This document shows positions 37,744 through 47,500 of a stretch of 64,000 nt of DNA, piece after piece. A model generated the notes under the pieces. That model was not told the DNA's origin. It saw only the letters and a program-made list of their open reading frames with translations, and did not search any database. Position numbers and translations under genes: made by a program. The stretch is from the NCBI GenBank assembly GCA_944364615.1, contig CALVWF010000005.1, positions 76,311-140,310 of the forward strand. The letters run 5' to 3'. The first letter of the stretch is position 1, and each line of letters opens with the position of its first letter. Origin of the DNA: an uncultured Clostridia bacterium. Its GTDB lineage: Bacteria > Bacillota > Clostridia > Christensenellales > CAG-314.

Positions 37744-39774
37744 TTACACTTCGCTTTGCATACCCAAATTCCAGTTGTCTCCCGGTATGGTCACATACAA
37801 GCCCGACATCAATTCAAGATTGTTGGTCTGATTCCACTTATTGTTCCAGTTGTTTTCCGTAGAACTTCCGTTCATACGGCAAACTATCATAGTTGCGGGA
37901 ACAAATTTTTCGCCGTTGTAATCTTTGACATTGGAAATATCCACGGCAAAGTACCTGTATTGCAATACGTCGTTGATATTCTGTCCGCCTACCGCCGTAA
38001 AGTCAAGCCAACATTCCTGCTTTTCTTCACCGTTCATTGTATAAAGGTTTACCGCAAATCTTGCTCCGTCACTTGTCCAGCCAGTATTTTGCGTCAAATC
38101 CAACACTACAATATTGCTGACATCTTGCTGAGCCGACCAACCTGTAATTGCGTAGTACGGCTTTGAAGTATCGCCAAGTGACAATGTGTTTGTCTGGTAA
38201 ACTGTACCGTTTTTACTTCCGTTAAATATTATATTTTCTGCCGTCGCGTCCACAGTAATCGAATACCATTTGCCTTCCACGGCGGTCATTGCCGTTCCGG
38301 GCCATTCACCGAGATGTTTGACTTCCGTTTCTCCCGTTCCCGACCATGCATAGGCGCTGACACTTTCCCATCCTGCAAAGTTGTAGAAATAGTAGGTGTT
38401 TGCGGTTACTTCAACTACCGTAACGGTAAAAGTCGCCGTCTTCGGGTTGTCTTCGCCGTAAGTAACGGTAACGGTAACGGTTTTTTCGCCTGCGACAGAA
38501 GTGTCAACCGACGACAAAGTGTATCCTTCCGTAATCCGTTCGGTCGTTCCGTCGCTGAATATGGCGTAAACCAAAACCTTGCCGGCGTCGAGTTTGCCGT
38601 TTATTTCAATCTCACCGCCTTCGTAAACTGCCTTTATCGAGTCAAAAACTTTTTCAACCGTAAGATTGTCTATAGTAAGTTGGAACGCTCCGCATGTCAG
38701 CGTCACGCTACCCGTCTGACCGACAGTATCGCTGACTACATCCGTCACTTCCGCAGACTGTGCGGGTTGCGTCGTGTCTCCGAGATCGTACGCTATGTCA
38801 TACACAGCATATACGTCGTCAATGTCGACGGTACCGTTGTGTTTGAGCACCAACGGCTGTTCCTCGTTCCTTAAGGTTGCCGTCAATCCCGAAGCAACGT
38901 AAACTTCCGTCTGGCACGTCAATGTAACTTCGCCGTCCGTATAGCCTAAAGTTACATTGTGTTTGCCTGCAGTTGACGAAATGTCGCTTGCGGTAAAGTT
39001 TTCCACTTCTTTAGAAGATCCGTCGCTGTAAGTTGCGGTGACCGTTACGTTGACAGAGGTCACCTCTTCCCCTGCCTTTACGGGGACACCTGTATACTGA
39101 GCGGTAACTTCGGTAAGCAGCGGTTGCTCGATTGTCGGCGTGTCGGTCGCAATTTTTATCGGACCACTTTCCGAATATTTGCTGTAACCTGCGACTAACG
39201 AATAATTTGCCCCTGAAATGACGTAGTCGTCACCGCCGTCAGCTGCGTTAATGACAAAAAATCCTGCGTACTTGCTGCCGTCTTCCGATTGGAAGTTGTA
39301 CAGATACAAAGCACGTCCCGTATTTTTCAGTTCGTTTAAATCGACCGTGGTGCTTTTGCCGTTGACGGTAAACGTAACCGTCTGTATTGCGTCGGCACTG
39401 CGCGACGTCTGAATATCAAAACCTTCTAAAGCACCCGCGTCGACAGCCGTACTGTCACTTGCAATGTTTAAAATATTGTTCGATTTGCCTGCCTGTCCCA
39501 ACTCAGCCAACTTCTGATCCATATAGACAAAATAGTAGCCGTCGTTGGAAAACACCATACCCGACACATCATTGTTGTCGGGATCATCGTCAAGCGTCAC
39601 CATAGAGATATATTCGGCAACAGCCATACGACAGTTGGACATCGCCGCAGACTTATTGGCAGATTCGACTACATTACTGAAAGTCGGTATAAGCACTGCC
39701 GCCAATATCGCTATGACCGCAATTACTATTACCAGTTCGGTAATTGTAAAAGCCTTCCTTTTTGATCTGTACAT
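37744..39774 (-). CDS. prepilin-type N-terminal domain protein with Ig-like repeats and a CBM26-like starch-binding module
   Basis: The N-terminus MYRSKRKA/FTITELVIVIAVIAILAAVLIPTF is a class III (type IV pilin-like) signal with Glu at +5. Three roughly 80-aa Ig-like repeats follow, then YYFYNFAGWESVSAYAW...GEWPGTAMTAVEGKWYSITV...NIIFNG (CBM26-like). The Trp-rich C-terminal roughly 130 aa are unassigned. Confidence 0.75.
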   Translation of the reverse strand: MYRSKRKAFTITELVIVIAVIAILAAVLIPTFSNVVESANKSAAMSNCRMAVAEYISMVTLDDDPDNNDVSGMVFSNDGYYFVYMDQKLAELGQAGKSNNILNIASDSTAVDAGALEGFDIQTSRSADAIQTVTFTVNGKSTTVDLNELKNTGRALYLYNFQSEDGSKYAGFFVINAADGGDDYVISGANYSLVAGYSKYSESGPIKIATDTPTIEQPLLTEVTAQYTGVPVKAGEEVTSVNVTVTATYSDGSSKEVENFTASDISSTAGKHNVTLGYTDGEVTLTCQTEVYVASGLTATLRNEEQPLVLKHNGTVDIDDVYAVYDIAYDLGDTTQPAQSAEVTDVVSDTVGQTGSVTLTCGAFQLTIDNLTVEKVFDSIKAVYEGGEIEINGKLDAGKVLVYAIFSDGTTERITEGYTLSSVDTSVAGEKTVTVTVTYGEDNPKTATFTVTVVEVTANTYYFYNFAGWESVSAYAWSGTGETEVKHLGEWPGTAMTAVEGKWYSITVDATAENIIFNGSKNGTVYQTNTLSLGDTSKPYYAITGWSAQQDVSNIVVLDLTQNTGWTSDGARFAVNLYTMNGEEKQECWLDFTAVGGQNINDVLQYRYFAVDISNVKDYNGEKFVPATMIVCRMNGSSTENNWNNKWNQTNNLELMSGLYVTIPGDNWNLGMQSEV

Positions 39775-39891
39775 ATACGCTTCTCCTTTTCTTTATTTTA
39801 CAGCATTTAAATAAATCGATATTTACGGAATACCGTCGTTAAACAGACCCGATTATTTGCAACGGACGGTATTTCCGTTTAAAACACGTCA

Positions 39892-39925
39892 CACCGTCGC
39901 AGACAAATCGGCGTCTGCGACGGTG
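39892..39925 (-). terminator. 13-bp hairpin between the first two genes of the starch locus (terminator/attenuator candidate)
   Basis: Perfect stem caccgtcgcagac / gtctgcgacggtg with an 8-nt loop. Only a short, interrupted T-tract follows on the minus strand, so it may be a partial terminator or an RNA-processing/stability element. Confidence 0.45.
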
Positions 39926-39962
39926 AATTTACACGTCATTTGTATAAAGAATGGTTTTTGTA

Positions 39963-42602
39963 TCAACCGATCGTTGCTACCCATTCCGTACCGTTGTAGT
40001 AAGGCGTTTCGGCATTGAGATCGAGATTTGCCGTCTTGTTTCCGCTGTTGTCGTTGAAGATGATCTTTTGCGCTCTTTCGTCAACACTTATACTGTACCA
40101 GCCGTCCTGTCCTTCAACCGCCGTCATTGCCGTTCCCGGCCATGTTTCCGTCAGAGTAACGGACGTCACCTGCATGTTGGGTGTACTTTCCGTAGTGCCT
40201 GTTTCGAAATACAATTCGTGAGTTCCCATCTTGAAATAGAAATCGTAGATGCCGTCTTTGGAAATCACTATGTTACCGTCGGAGGAATAGGTGTACAACG
40301 ACGCGTCTACATATTTTTCAAGTATGTTGTAATAAGTGTGTCCCGTTTCTCCCAGTTGCACTATCTTAAACTGCATTCCCGCCGAAAGTCTCAGCCCCTT
40401 GAATTCGTACTGGTTTGCGCTTTCGTTGTAGAACAGTTTTACACTGCTTTCCGTCGTCCACGCTTCGCCAAGACCTATATCGCCCATTATTACGAAATCT
40501 CCCGTTGCAGGAGTAACGGGTACCGCCTCTTCCATCCAGGCATAGGCATATACACTTGCCCAGCCATCGGCGTTGTAGAAGTAATAGGTAGTCTTGGGAA
40601 GTTCGTTGACTGTAACTTCAACAGTCGTTGTCTCGGTAATGCCGTTTTCGATATACGTTACGGTTACCGCCTGCAGGCCTGTCTTCGTGTTGACGAAGTC
40701 CGTCGTGTAATCCGTTACCGTTGCGCTTGCCGCTCCGTTGTAGTTTGCCGTTACCGTAAGTTCCAGCGTTCCTCCGTATTCTACGGTCGTTTCCGTTGCA
40801 ACGGCGGTTATTCCCGTAAGTTCTCTTGTAAACGTAACTTCCACTTCGGCTATCTTGCCTTGGTAAGTCACTACGTATATTGCCGTTCCTTCAACTGCGT
40901 TTGTGCTGCCCGCTTTGAGCGCAACAGACACGTTTTCTGTGTCGGAAACGGGTTGCCTTTCATTGTTGCTCATCACCTTGGTAACTTCAAGGTCGCTTGC
41001 CGTAATTTCCGTATTTACAAACACGACGCCCTGTGTAGTAAAGGTTACTTCGATACTTTCCAGCACTACAGGCACTTCGGGTTGTTCCGCTCTGCACACC
41101 GTGCAGAATCCGTCAACGTAGGTGTGTTCTTCCTTGGCAGTTGCGTATCCGCATGCGCACTCGTTCCAGTGGTGTGTGCTGTTGTGTTGCATTGTAAATT
41201 CTTCATGGGGCTGTGTGCTGTCGGCCTTTACGCTCAGACAGATTTCACATTCTTTCCAGTGATTGGTTTCGTCGTACTTTACTTCGTACCGATGTTCGAC
41301 CGCACGGACTTCGCCGCAAACGTTACAGTCAGCGTCGCAATCGTTGTCGTAAGTGTGTTCGGCAGTCGTTTCTCTTACTGCTCCACATTTATTACATGTT
41401 GCGTCACAGTCTCCGCTGTATTCGTGTATGCAGGGCATTGTCGGATACCACTTGTCTCCGTAAACGTAGTAATTGTTTACTCCGTCGATTTCGAGATTGT
41501 CTGTCTGATTAGTTCCGTCGTTGAAAATAACGTTTACCGCATTCTGATTGACGTCGATGTAATACCATCCGTTGTTTTCGGTATCCGCAGTCATTGCCGT
41601 TCCCGGCCACTCTCCGGTGTATTTTAAACTGCCCGTCCACGCATAGGCATTTACCGTTGCCCAACCGTCGGTATTATAGAAATACAATCTGTAAGTGGGT
41701 GCAACCGCAGGAGCCTGTACGGTAAAGTCTGCACCCCACTGTCCTGCGCCTGTCAGGTCGTTGTAGGCGTAGTAGTTGTTTTCGCCGTCGTAAGTCAGGT
41801 TACCCGTTTGGGCAGTGCCGTTGTTGAAAATCAACTTGTTGGGCGTCATACCCTCTTCGAAAGAGTAGGAAAACCAGCCGTCCTGACCGTCAACTGCAGT
41901 CATCGGTTCGCCGGGCCAGTCGCCTGTAAGTTCCGGTTCGTAAGTATATACGTTTACCGTCGTCCAACCGTCTTCACTTTTGAAATATATTGTGTCGCCG
42001 CCGGGTTGAGGAGCGGTACTGTCAACTACTTCAACAGAAAAAGTGCACGTCTTGGTAATGCCGTCTTCGGTGTAAGTAACAGTCAATGTCTTGACGCCTA
42101 TTGTGGAAGAATCCAAAGTGCTCACTTCGAATTCGGAAACTTTTTTAGTGGTCTGATCGCTGTAAGTTGCGGTCACACTTACAAAAGAAGTATTGAGAGG
42201 CGCATTAAGTTCTACCGGTTTGCCCACGTAAACTGCCGTAACGGACACGAGTTCGGCTTTGGCTACTTTTTTCCTCCAGCCTGCGTAAAACGTTGTGTCG
42301 GCAGTTATCTTGTTGATGGGACTTTGCGTTACACCGCTGGAAAGGAAGGTTTCTTCTATAAGACATTCCTTGTCTACAAACCAGCCTTTAAAGGTGTAGT
42401 CGGGTCTGTCGGGATCGGCAGGTTTCGTGGCACGATCGCCTTCTTCTACCTTTACGGTGTACGGTGCGGGTGCTCCGTCATAATTGTAATCGAAAGTCAC
42501 CGTATATGTAACAGGTTCAGTTGCTGCCGGTTTGCATGCGACAAGGCTGACCGCAAGCGTCGCGACCAGCAAAACCGACAAGAAAACTTTACAAAATCTC
42601 AT
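39963..42602 (-). CDS. surface lipoprotein with Listeria-Bacteroides repeat, Ig-like repeats, three CBM26-like modules and a Cys/His-rich insert
   Basis: Lipobox LVAC and an Flg_new repeat (YTFKGWF...FYAGW). CBM26-like modules lie at about aa 204-280, 303-385 and 671-879; the last is split by the nested domain. A Cys/His-rich segment spans aa 391-505. Confidence 0.78.
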   Translation of the reverse strand: MRFCKVFLSVLLVATLAVSLVACKPAATEPVTYTVTFDYNYDGAPAPYTVKVEEGDRATKPADPDRPDYTFKGWFVDKECLIEETFLSSGVTQSPINKITADTTFYAGWRKKVAKAELVSVTAVYVGKPVELNAPLNTSFVSVTATYSDQTTKKVSEFEVSTLDSSTIGVKTLTVTYTEDGITKTCTFSVEVVDSTAPQPGGDTIYFKSEDGWTTVNVYTYEPELTGDWPGEPMTAVDGQDGWFSYSFEEGMTPNKLIFNNGTAQTGNLTYDGENNYYAYNDLTGAGQWGADFTVQAPAVAPTYRLYFYNTDGWATVNAYAWTGSLKYTGEWPGTAMTADTENNGWYYIDVNQNAVNVIFNDGTNQTDNLEIDGVNNYYVYGDKWYPTMPCIHEYSGDCDATCNKCGAVRETTAEHTYDNDCDADCNVCGEVRAVEHRYEVKYDETNHWKECEICLSVKADSTQPHEEFTMQHNSTHHWNECACGYATAKEEHTYVDGFCTVCRAEQPEVPVVLESIEVTFTTQGVVFVNTEITASDLEVTKVMSNNERQPVSDTENVSVALKAGSTNAVEGTAIYVVTYQGKIAEVEVTFTRELTGITAVATETTVEYGGTLELTVTANYNGAASATVTDYTTDFVNTKTGLQAVTVTYIENGITETTTVEVTVNELPKTTYYFYNADGWASVYAYAWMEEAVPVTPATGDFVIMGDIGLGEAWTTESSVKLFYNESANQYEFKGLRLSAGMQFKIVQLGETGHTYYNILEKYVDASLYTYSSDGNIVISKDGIYDFYFKMGTHELYFETGTTESTPNMQVTSVTLTETWPGTAMTAVEGQDGWYSISVDERAQKIIFNDNSGNKTANLDLNAETPYYNGTEWVATIG

Positions 42603-42642
42603 TGTAAATCCTCCTGAAATTTAGAGATACTAAGATATAATA

Positions 42643-42671
42643 ATTATAATCTTGAGTATATCGAATGTCAA
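42643..42671 (-). promoter_or_regulatory. consensus sigma-A promoter of the starch locus
   Basis: The minus strand reads TTGACA (42671-66), a 17-nt spacer, then TATAAT (42648-43). AGGAGG and the ATG at 42602 lie about 35 nt downstream. Confidence 0.7.
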
Positions 42672-43066
42672 TACCGAACTTTGCCACAAAGCGGTACATT
42701 TTTGAAAAATCAATAGTTGAAATTTATATTTTTAACACCACGTACTGTAAAAAATATGTAAATAATTATTTTTGAGAAAATTTAAAATTTTTTTTAGTTT
42801 TTTTTGACGTACGTAGCAGAAAAAAAATGTTAAATACAAATGTAGTTTGTTTTTGTCCTAACATTTGCAATCGCATCTGTTTGAACCGAATTGCATGTAA
42901 AATACCGCAGTAATAAAGATGTTCCGAAACAGTTTGTCTTGCATCCGAAAAGCAACTTCGGAAATGCCGTATAACTACAAAAACAACCTTAATTCAGTAA
43001 AAAAACAAGCCGACAAAACACAGAGTTTGTCGGCAGAGCATCTTATAAAACAACGTTAATTCAATT

Positions 43067-44041
43067 TTACCGTACAACGATTTTCTGATCGGTAAACAAT
43101 GGCAAAATTTCCAATGACGACTGATTTTTTCTGTTGTCGGTCAGCGAAACTTTTGTGATGCTGTTGTCAGAATAAGTCTTGTAGTAGTAATCCGCGTTTG
43201 TTGCGTCTATACAGCAGGAATATCTCGTAATGTCGTACAGCCTTCGGGAAGTTACCACCGATCCCCGTACCATTGCCACGCTGTCAAGAATGTGCATTAC
43301 CTGCGAAACACAGGACAGTGTGTCGGTGTCGCAATCCGACATATATTTTAAAAATACCGTTCGGACAAATCTGGACGCTGAGGAAAAGTCTCCCGGCAGC
43401 CCTATTGCTCCCATGCCTTCACCGAAATAGGAGGCGGACAGCCTGTCGCCAAAGCCCCCCGTTGTGTTTTCGGCAGACAAATTGAGGTATTGCCTTATAT
43501 TCTCGGTGTGAAACGGAAAGGGAGGATTGTTGGTAAGAACACCGTAGCCGTTGGCGTAAATTTTTCTTCCCTCATCGGTAAATTCCGCCACAATGCTTCT
43601 GTTTCTGTCGGAAACAATCCAGTGCAACGGAGCGACAGGAAGATTTTCAGTAAAAGCGACGTCTGCAACTTCCGTTTCCGACAACAGGCTTTCCGCCTGC
43701 GCAACGCTGTCGCACTGCCCGAGAACGTACGGTATAAGTTCGTATGGCGCTAATGCGTTTGCACTGTTTTTGACGGTTTGGGAATAATGAGCATTTTGCG
43801 GAAAATACAGACCTGCCATACACAGTCCTTTTTCGTTGACTGCTTCGGCATACAACGGATAACCGTCGGTTACGTTTGCCATTCCAATCATTGCGTATCT
43901 GACAGTAAACGAAGGTTGTAATTTCATGGGCAACAGAAAATTACGAGGAGTAATCACTACCTTTTCTCCGAATCCTTGCTCTATATCCATATTGCGTCCG
44001 AAATAAAAATTGCCGTTGACAAATGTAAATGCCGTACACAT
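43067..44041 (-). CDS. choloylglycine hydrolase family protein (bile salt hydrolase / penicillin V acylase-type Ntn hydrolase)
   Basis: MCTAFTFVNGNFYFGRNMDIE has Cys2 as the N-terminal nucleophile followed by the R/D catalytic residues of the family. The start is chosen at 44041 (RBS AAGGAAA) so that Cys is residue 2; the track ORF starts 18 nt upstream. Confidence 0.85.
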   Translation of the reverse strand: MCTAFTFVNGNFYFGRNMDIEQGFGEKVVITPRNFLLPMKLQPSFTVRYAMIGMANVTDGYPLYAEAVNEKGLCMAGLYFPQNAHYSQTVKNSANALAPYELIPYVLGQCDSVAQAESLLSETEVADVAFTENLPVAPLHWIVSDRNRSIVAEFTDEGRKIYANGYGVLTNNPPFPFHTENIRQYLNLSAENTTGGFGDRLSASYFGEGMGAIGLPGDFSSASRFVRTVFLKYMSDCDTDTLSCVSQVMHILDSVAMVRGSVVTSRRLYDITRYSCCIDATNADYYYKTYSDNSITKVSLTDNRKNQSSLEILPLFTDQKIVVR

Positions 44042-44433
44042 AAAATTTTCCTTTGACATCTTCCTTTAATTGATGATAAAGGTATTTTTGACAAAATTAT
44101 TAGCATTGTTACGTCTCTGCATAAATTAAAAACGCAACGTCACCTGTGACAGTAGGACGCTGTTGTAAAAAGCGTTCATGTAGTTCGACTGCCAATATAT
44201 CGTACGGATTTATTTTTTATTGCAACTGCAGATTGCCGTTTGCAGGCACTTTAAAATACAGTAAAGGCTGTTACATTGATACAAGGATTCGGAAGACTGA
44301 AACAAACAGATTTCAATATTTTAAACAAATGCAACAAGGCAAAAATCACCTTCCGACTAAAAACGCAAAAAGGTACAACTCTTTACGAAATATCCGTTTG
44401 AACAAACTTACACAGTTGCCCGACAAACGCAAC

Positions 44434-44464
44434 GGCCGTGACCGACATTCAGTCGGTCACGGCC
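44434..44464 (-). terminator. hairpin downstream of the giant LRR gene
   Basis: 13-bp perfect stem ggccgtgaccgac / gtcggtcacggcc with a 5-nt loop. The U-tract is weak. Confidence 0.5.
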
Positions 44465-44516
44465 GTTTAATGTTTAAAAATTTCAATACGTCGGTTAAAA
44501 TCCGATTGTAACGGCA

Positions 44517-47500
44517 TTACCAATATCTGATGTTTCCGTCTTCGTAATACCAGAAATTACCTTCCGATTCGGGTGGCGTCTCACTGTACCAATAACGGTT
44601 GGATACTTTCTGCAAATAATAATTCGACGGAAAAACATCCACATTGTTCCACTGTTCCTCACTGCATTGGAAGTAAACCTCAGACAACGAATTACAACCT
44701 TCGAACGCTCCGTAATAAATGTATTCCAAGTCGCCTCCCAACACCAAAGTTTGTAACGATGTACAACTTTCGAACGCGTAGTCTTCAATCACTCTTACTT
44801 CAAACGGAAGACGTACTTCCGTGAGCATCGAACAACCGCTGAAAGCGTATTCGCCCACTTCCGTAAGACCGGAACCGAATTTAACCTGTTCCAATGCTAC
44901 GCAATCTTCAAAGGCGTGATTGCCTACCGACAAAATTCCGTCGTAAAAGTCTATCGATTGAATGTTTTCGCATCCGTAAAATGCGTAATCCTCTATGATT
45001 GTAAGATTGTGAGGCAGGGAAACGTGCGAAACCAGCTTATTGCCTGTGAAGGTGACTCCTACGGAAACTATAGTGTGTCCGTCAAATTCGTCGGGCATGT
45101 AATACTTACCCTCGCCGCTTTCGGATTCCAACGCCGTCAGCAATGCCTTGTCGCCGTACAGAATGTAACTGTAGTAATTTGGGTTGACGACATTGCTACA
45201 ACTCATATACGTTGCTTCGGCTCCTTCCGACCAATCTGTAGCCCATCCTTCGGGAACAGTCGACGATTCACAGTAAATTTCGGCTTCGGTGCCGTATACC
45301 AACCGACTTCCCGCACGTTCGACAGATTGCGAAAGGAACACGCCAAACAATGACGGACACTCGGCAAAAGCATTTTGCGCCAGATAGGTGACCGATTGAG
45401 GTACCGTCACCAGACTGACATCGGCAGAACCGTAGAAAATGTCGCCCAGTCTTGTTACCGACAATCCGTCCACCTGCTGAGGTATTACGACGTCCCTGTC
45501 AGTACCCTTGTATTTGGTGAGCACCGCACCGTCTCCGCGCACTACGTAATCGTACAGTTGATTGGAAGTAACGTTGTTGTAACCCCACACTACGTTTGCT
45601 CCGTTTCCCCACGAATTGTCCCATCCTGACGGCTTTGCCGCCGCTTCGCAGTAAACCGTCTTGCAAGCATGGTCGAAAGCCCAGTAGCCTACATATTCCG
45701 TTTCGGCATTTATGACGATTGTGAGCGCAAAGCAACCGCTGAAAGCGTAATCGCCTATTTTAGTAACCGTCGCGGGCAATGTAATGTCCGCAAGAGACGT
45801 ACAGTTGGAAAATGCGCTGTTCCCTATTGCAGTGACATTGTCTGACATAGTTACCGACACGAGGTTGCTGCAATTTGACAACAACGCATCCGACACTTCG
45901 GTAATTCCGTCGGGCAATACTATTTCGGTCAGACCGCAATTGCCGAAAGCACCGCTGCCGATATATTCAATACCGTCTGGCAACGTGATTTCCGTCAAAC
46001 GACTTGCGTTAAAGGCATTGTCGCCAATACTTACGGTACTGTCGGGTAACTGAATTTGCAAAAGCGCAGTGTTCGTAAAGGAATTTGCACCGATGTCTGT
46101 AACGCTGTCAGGCATTGTCAGTAGTTGCAACTCGTAACAGTAAGCAAACATACCTTCCGCAATGCTCTTCAGACCGTGAGGCAATGTGACTTCCTGCAGT
46201 TGCGTGCAGTAGTTGAAGGCATATTGACCTACGCTCAGAACGGAGTCGGGAATTGCAACGGAGGTTAAGTTCGAATTGGAAAAGGCGTATTCGCCTATAT
46301 ATTCGCAGGTACTGTTTTCTTGGAAAGTCAGTGACTTCAAAATGACGTTTTCGAACAACCTGTCGGGAATTGCGTTTACCTTGTCGCCTATCGTAACGTC
46401 TACGTTGCCGTTGGCAAGCAACGACAAAATTACCGATTGCGAAACATTCTGCAAATCCGTATTGATGTACAGTTTTTCCAGTTGGTAAACGGAAATGTAG
46501 GTTTCCGAAGGACTGAATGTCACACCTTCCATCAGATACAGGTTTTTCAGCGAGTACATATCCAGCGTGCTTATCTCTCCGTTAAAGACGTACAGATCCG
46601 TAAGACTTAAAGATTGAAATGTTTCCAATGCGGTTGCGGGAATCTGCGCCTTTGTTACGTTCCAGCACTGCGAAAAAGCGCCTGCGCCCAAAGTCTGTAC
46701 CGATTGAGGCAGGTACAACTCTGTAATGTTGTAACAATAGGTAAAGGCATTGTCGCCCACAGACAGCAAATTGGACGGAAGCGTCAACGTGTAAAACTGC
46801 GAATTGGTAAACGCATTGCTTCCGATCGCGGTCACGCTGTCGGGTAATTGCAAACTTTCCGCCTGCAAAGAATTGAAGTTGTCGTTGCCGATATACGCAC
46901 AACTGCCGTTTGCTTCAAACTGCAATGTTCTGACCGAAATATTCGCAAAAAATCCGTCGGCAATACGTTCCACTCTTTCGCCTATGACAACGTCTATAGG
47001 AGAAACCGACTCTTTCATAAACACCGCGTAGCCCGTACAGTTGACTGCGTTTAATTCAACCCGTTCAAGCGTTTCGATGTATTGGAATGCGCAATTGCCT
47101 ATTTGCGTCACGCTTTCGGGAATGACTACGGAAGTCAGTCTTCCGTAGCGATAAAATGCGAAATCGCCTACCGACGTCACTCCGTCGGGAATGGTCAATT
47201 CGCCTTCCGCGAGAGTACCGTCTATATAAATGCTGTCCGCCATTGCGCTGTAAGGATATCCGTCGTTGCACGACATCGCAATACCGAACCACTGTTTTAA
47301 AGTACCTTGGTAATAAAGGTTGCCCGGTCGTTCGGTAGAGTATCCCGCAAGAGTAATCGTAGTTATACCGGAACCTATACGCAATGTTTTGTTCTCGCCT
47401 GTCCACCCCGTAAGGCTGTTGAAATCAAGGTGCGAAGTACCGTTGCCCACTACTATTTCCGCAAGTGAAGCCAAAGTACTTGCGTCCATGACGTCGGAAA

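Noticed and set aside
39951-41627. A 558-aa plus-strand ORF, together with similar long plus-strand ORFs at 7175-8059, 25124-26107, 36767-37621, 41808-42617 and 31316-32029.
   Set aside because: They run antisense to genes with strong domain evidence (CBM protein, prfA, pullulanase, amylase). They are rich in Arg/Cys/Val/Phe low-complexity translation, lack an RBS and have no motifs. They are shadow ORFs caused by the codon bias of the real minus-strand genes.
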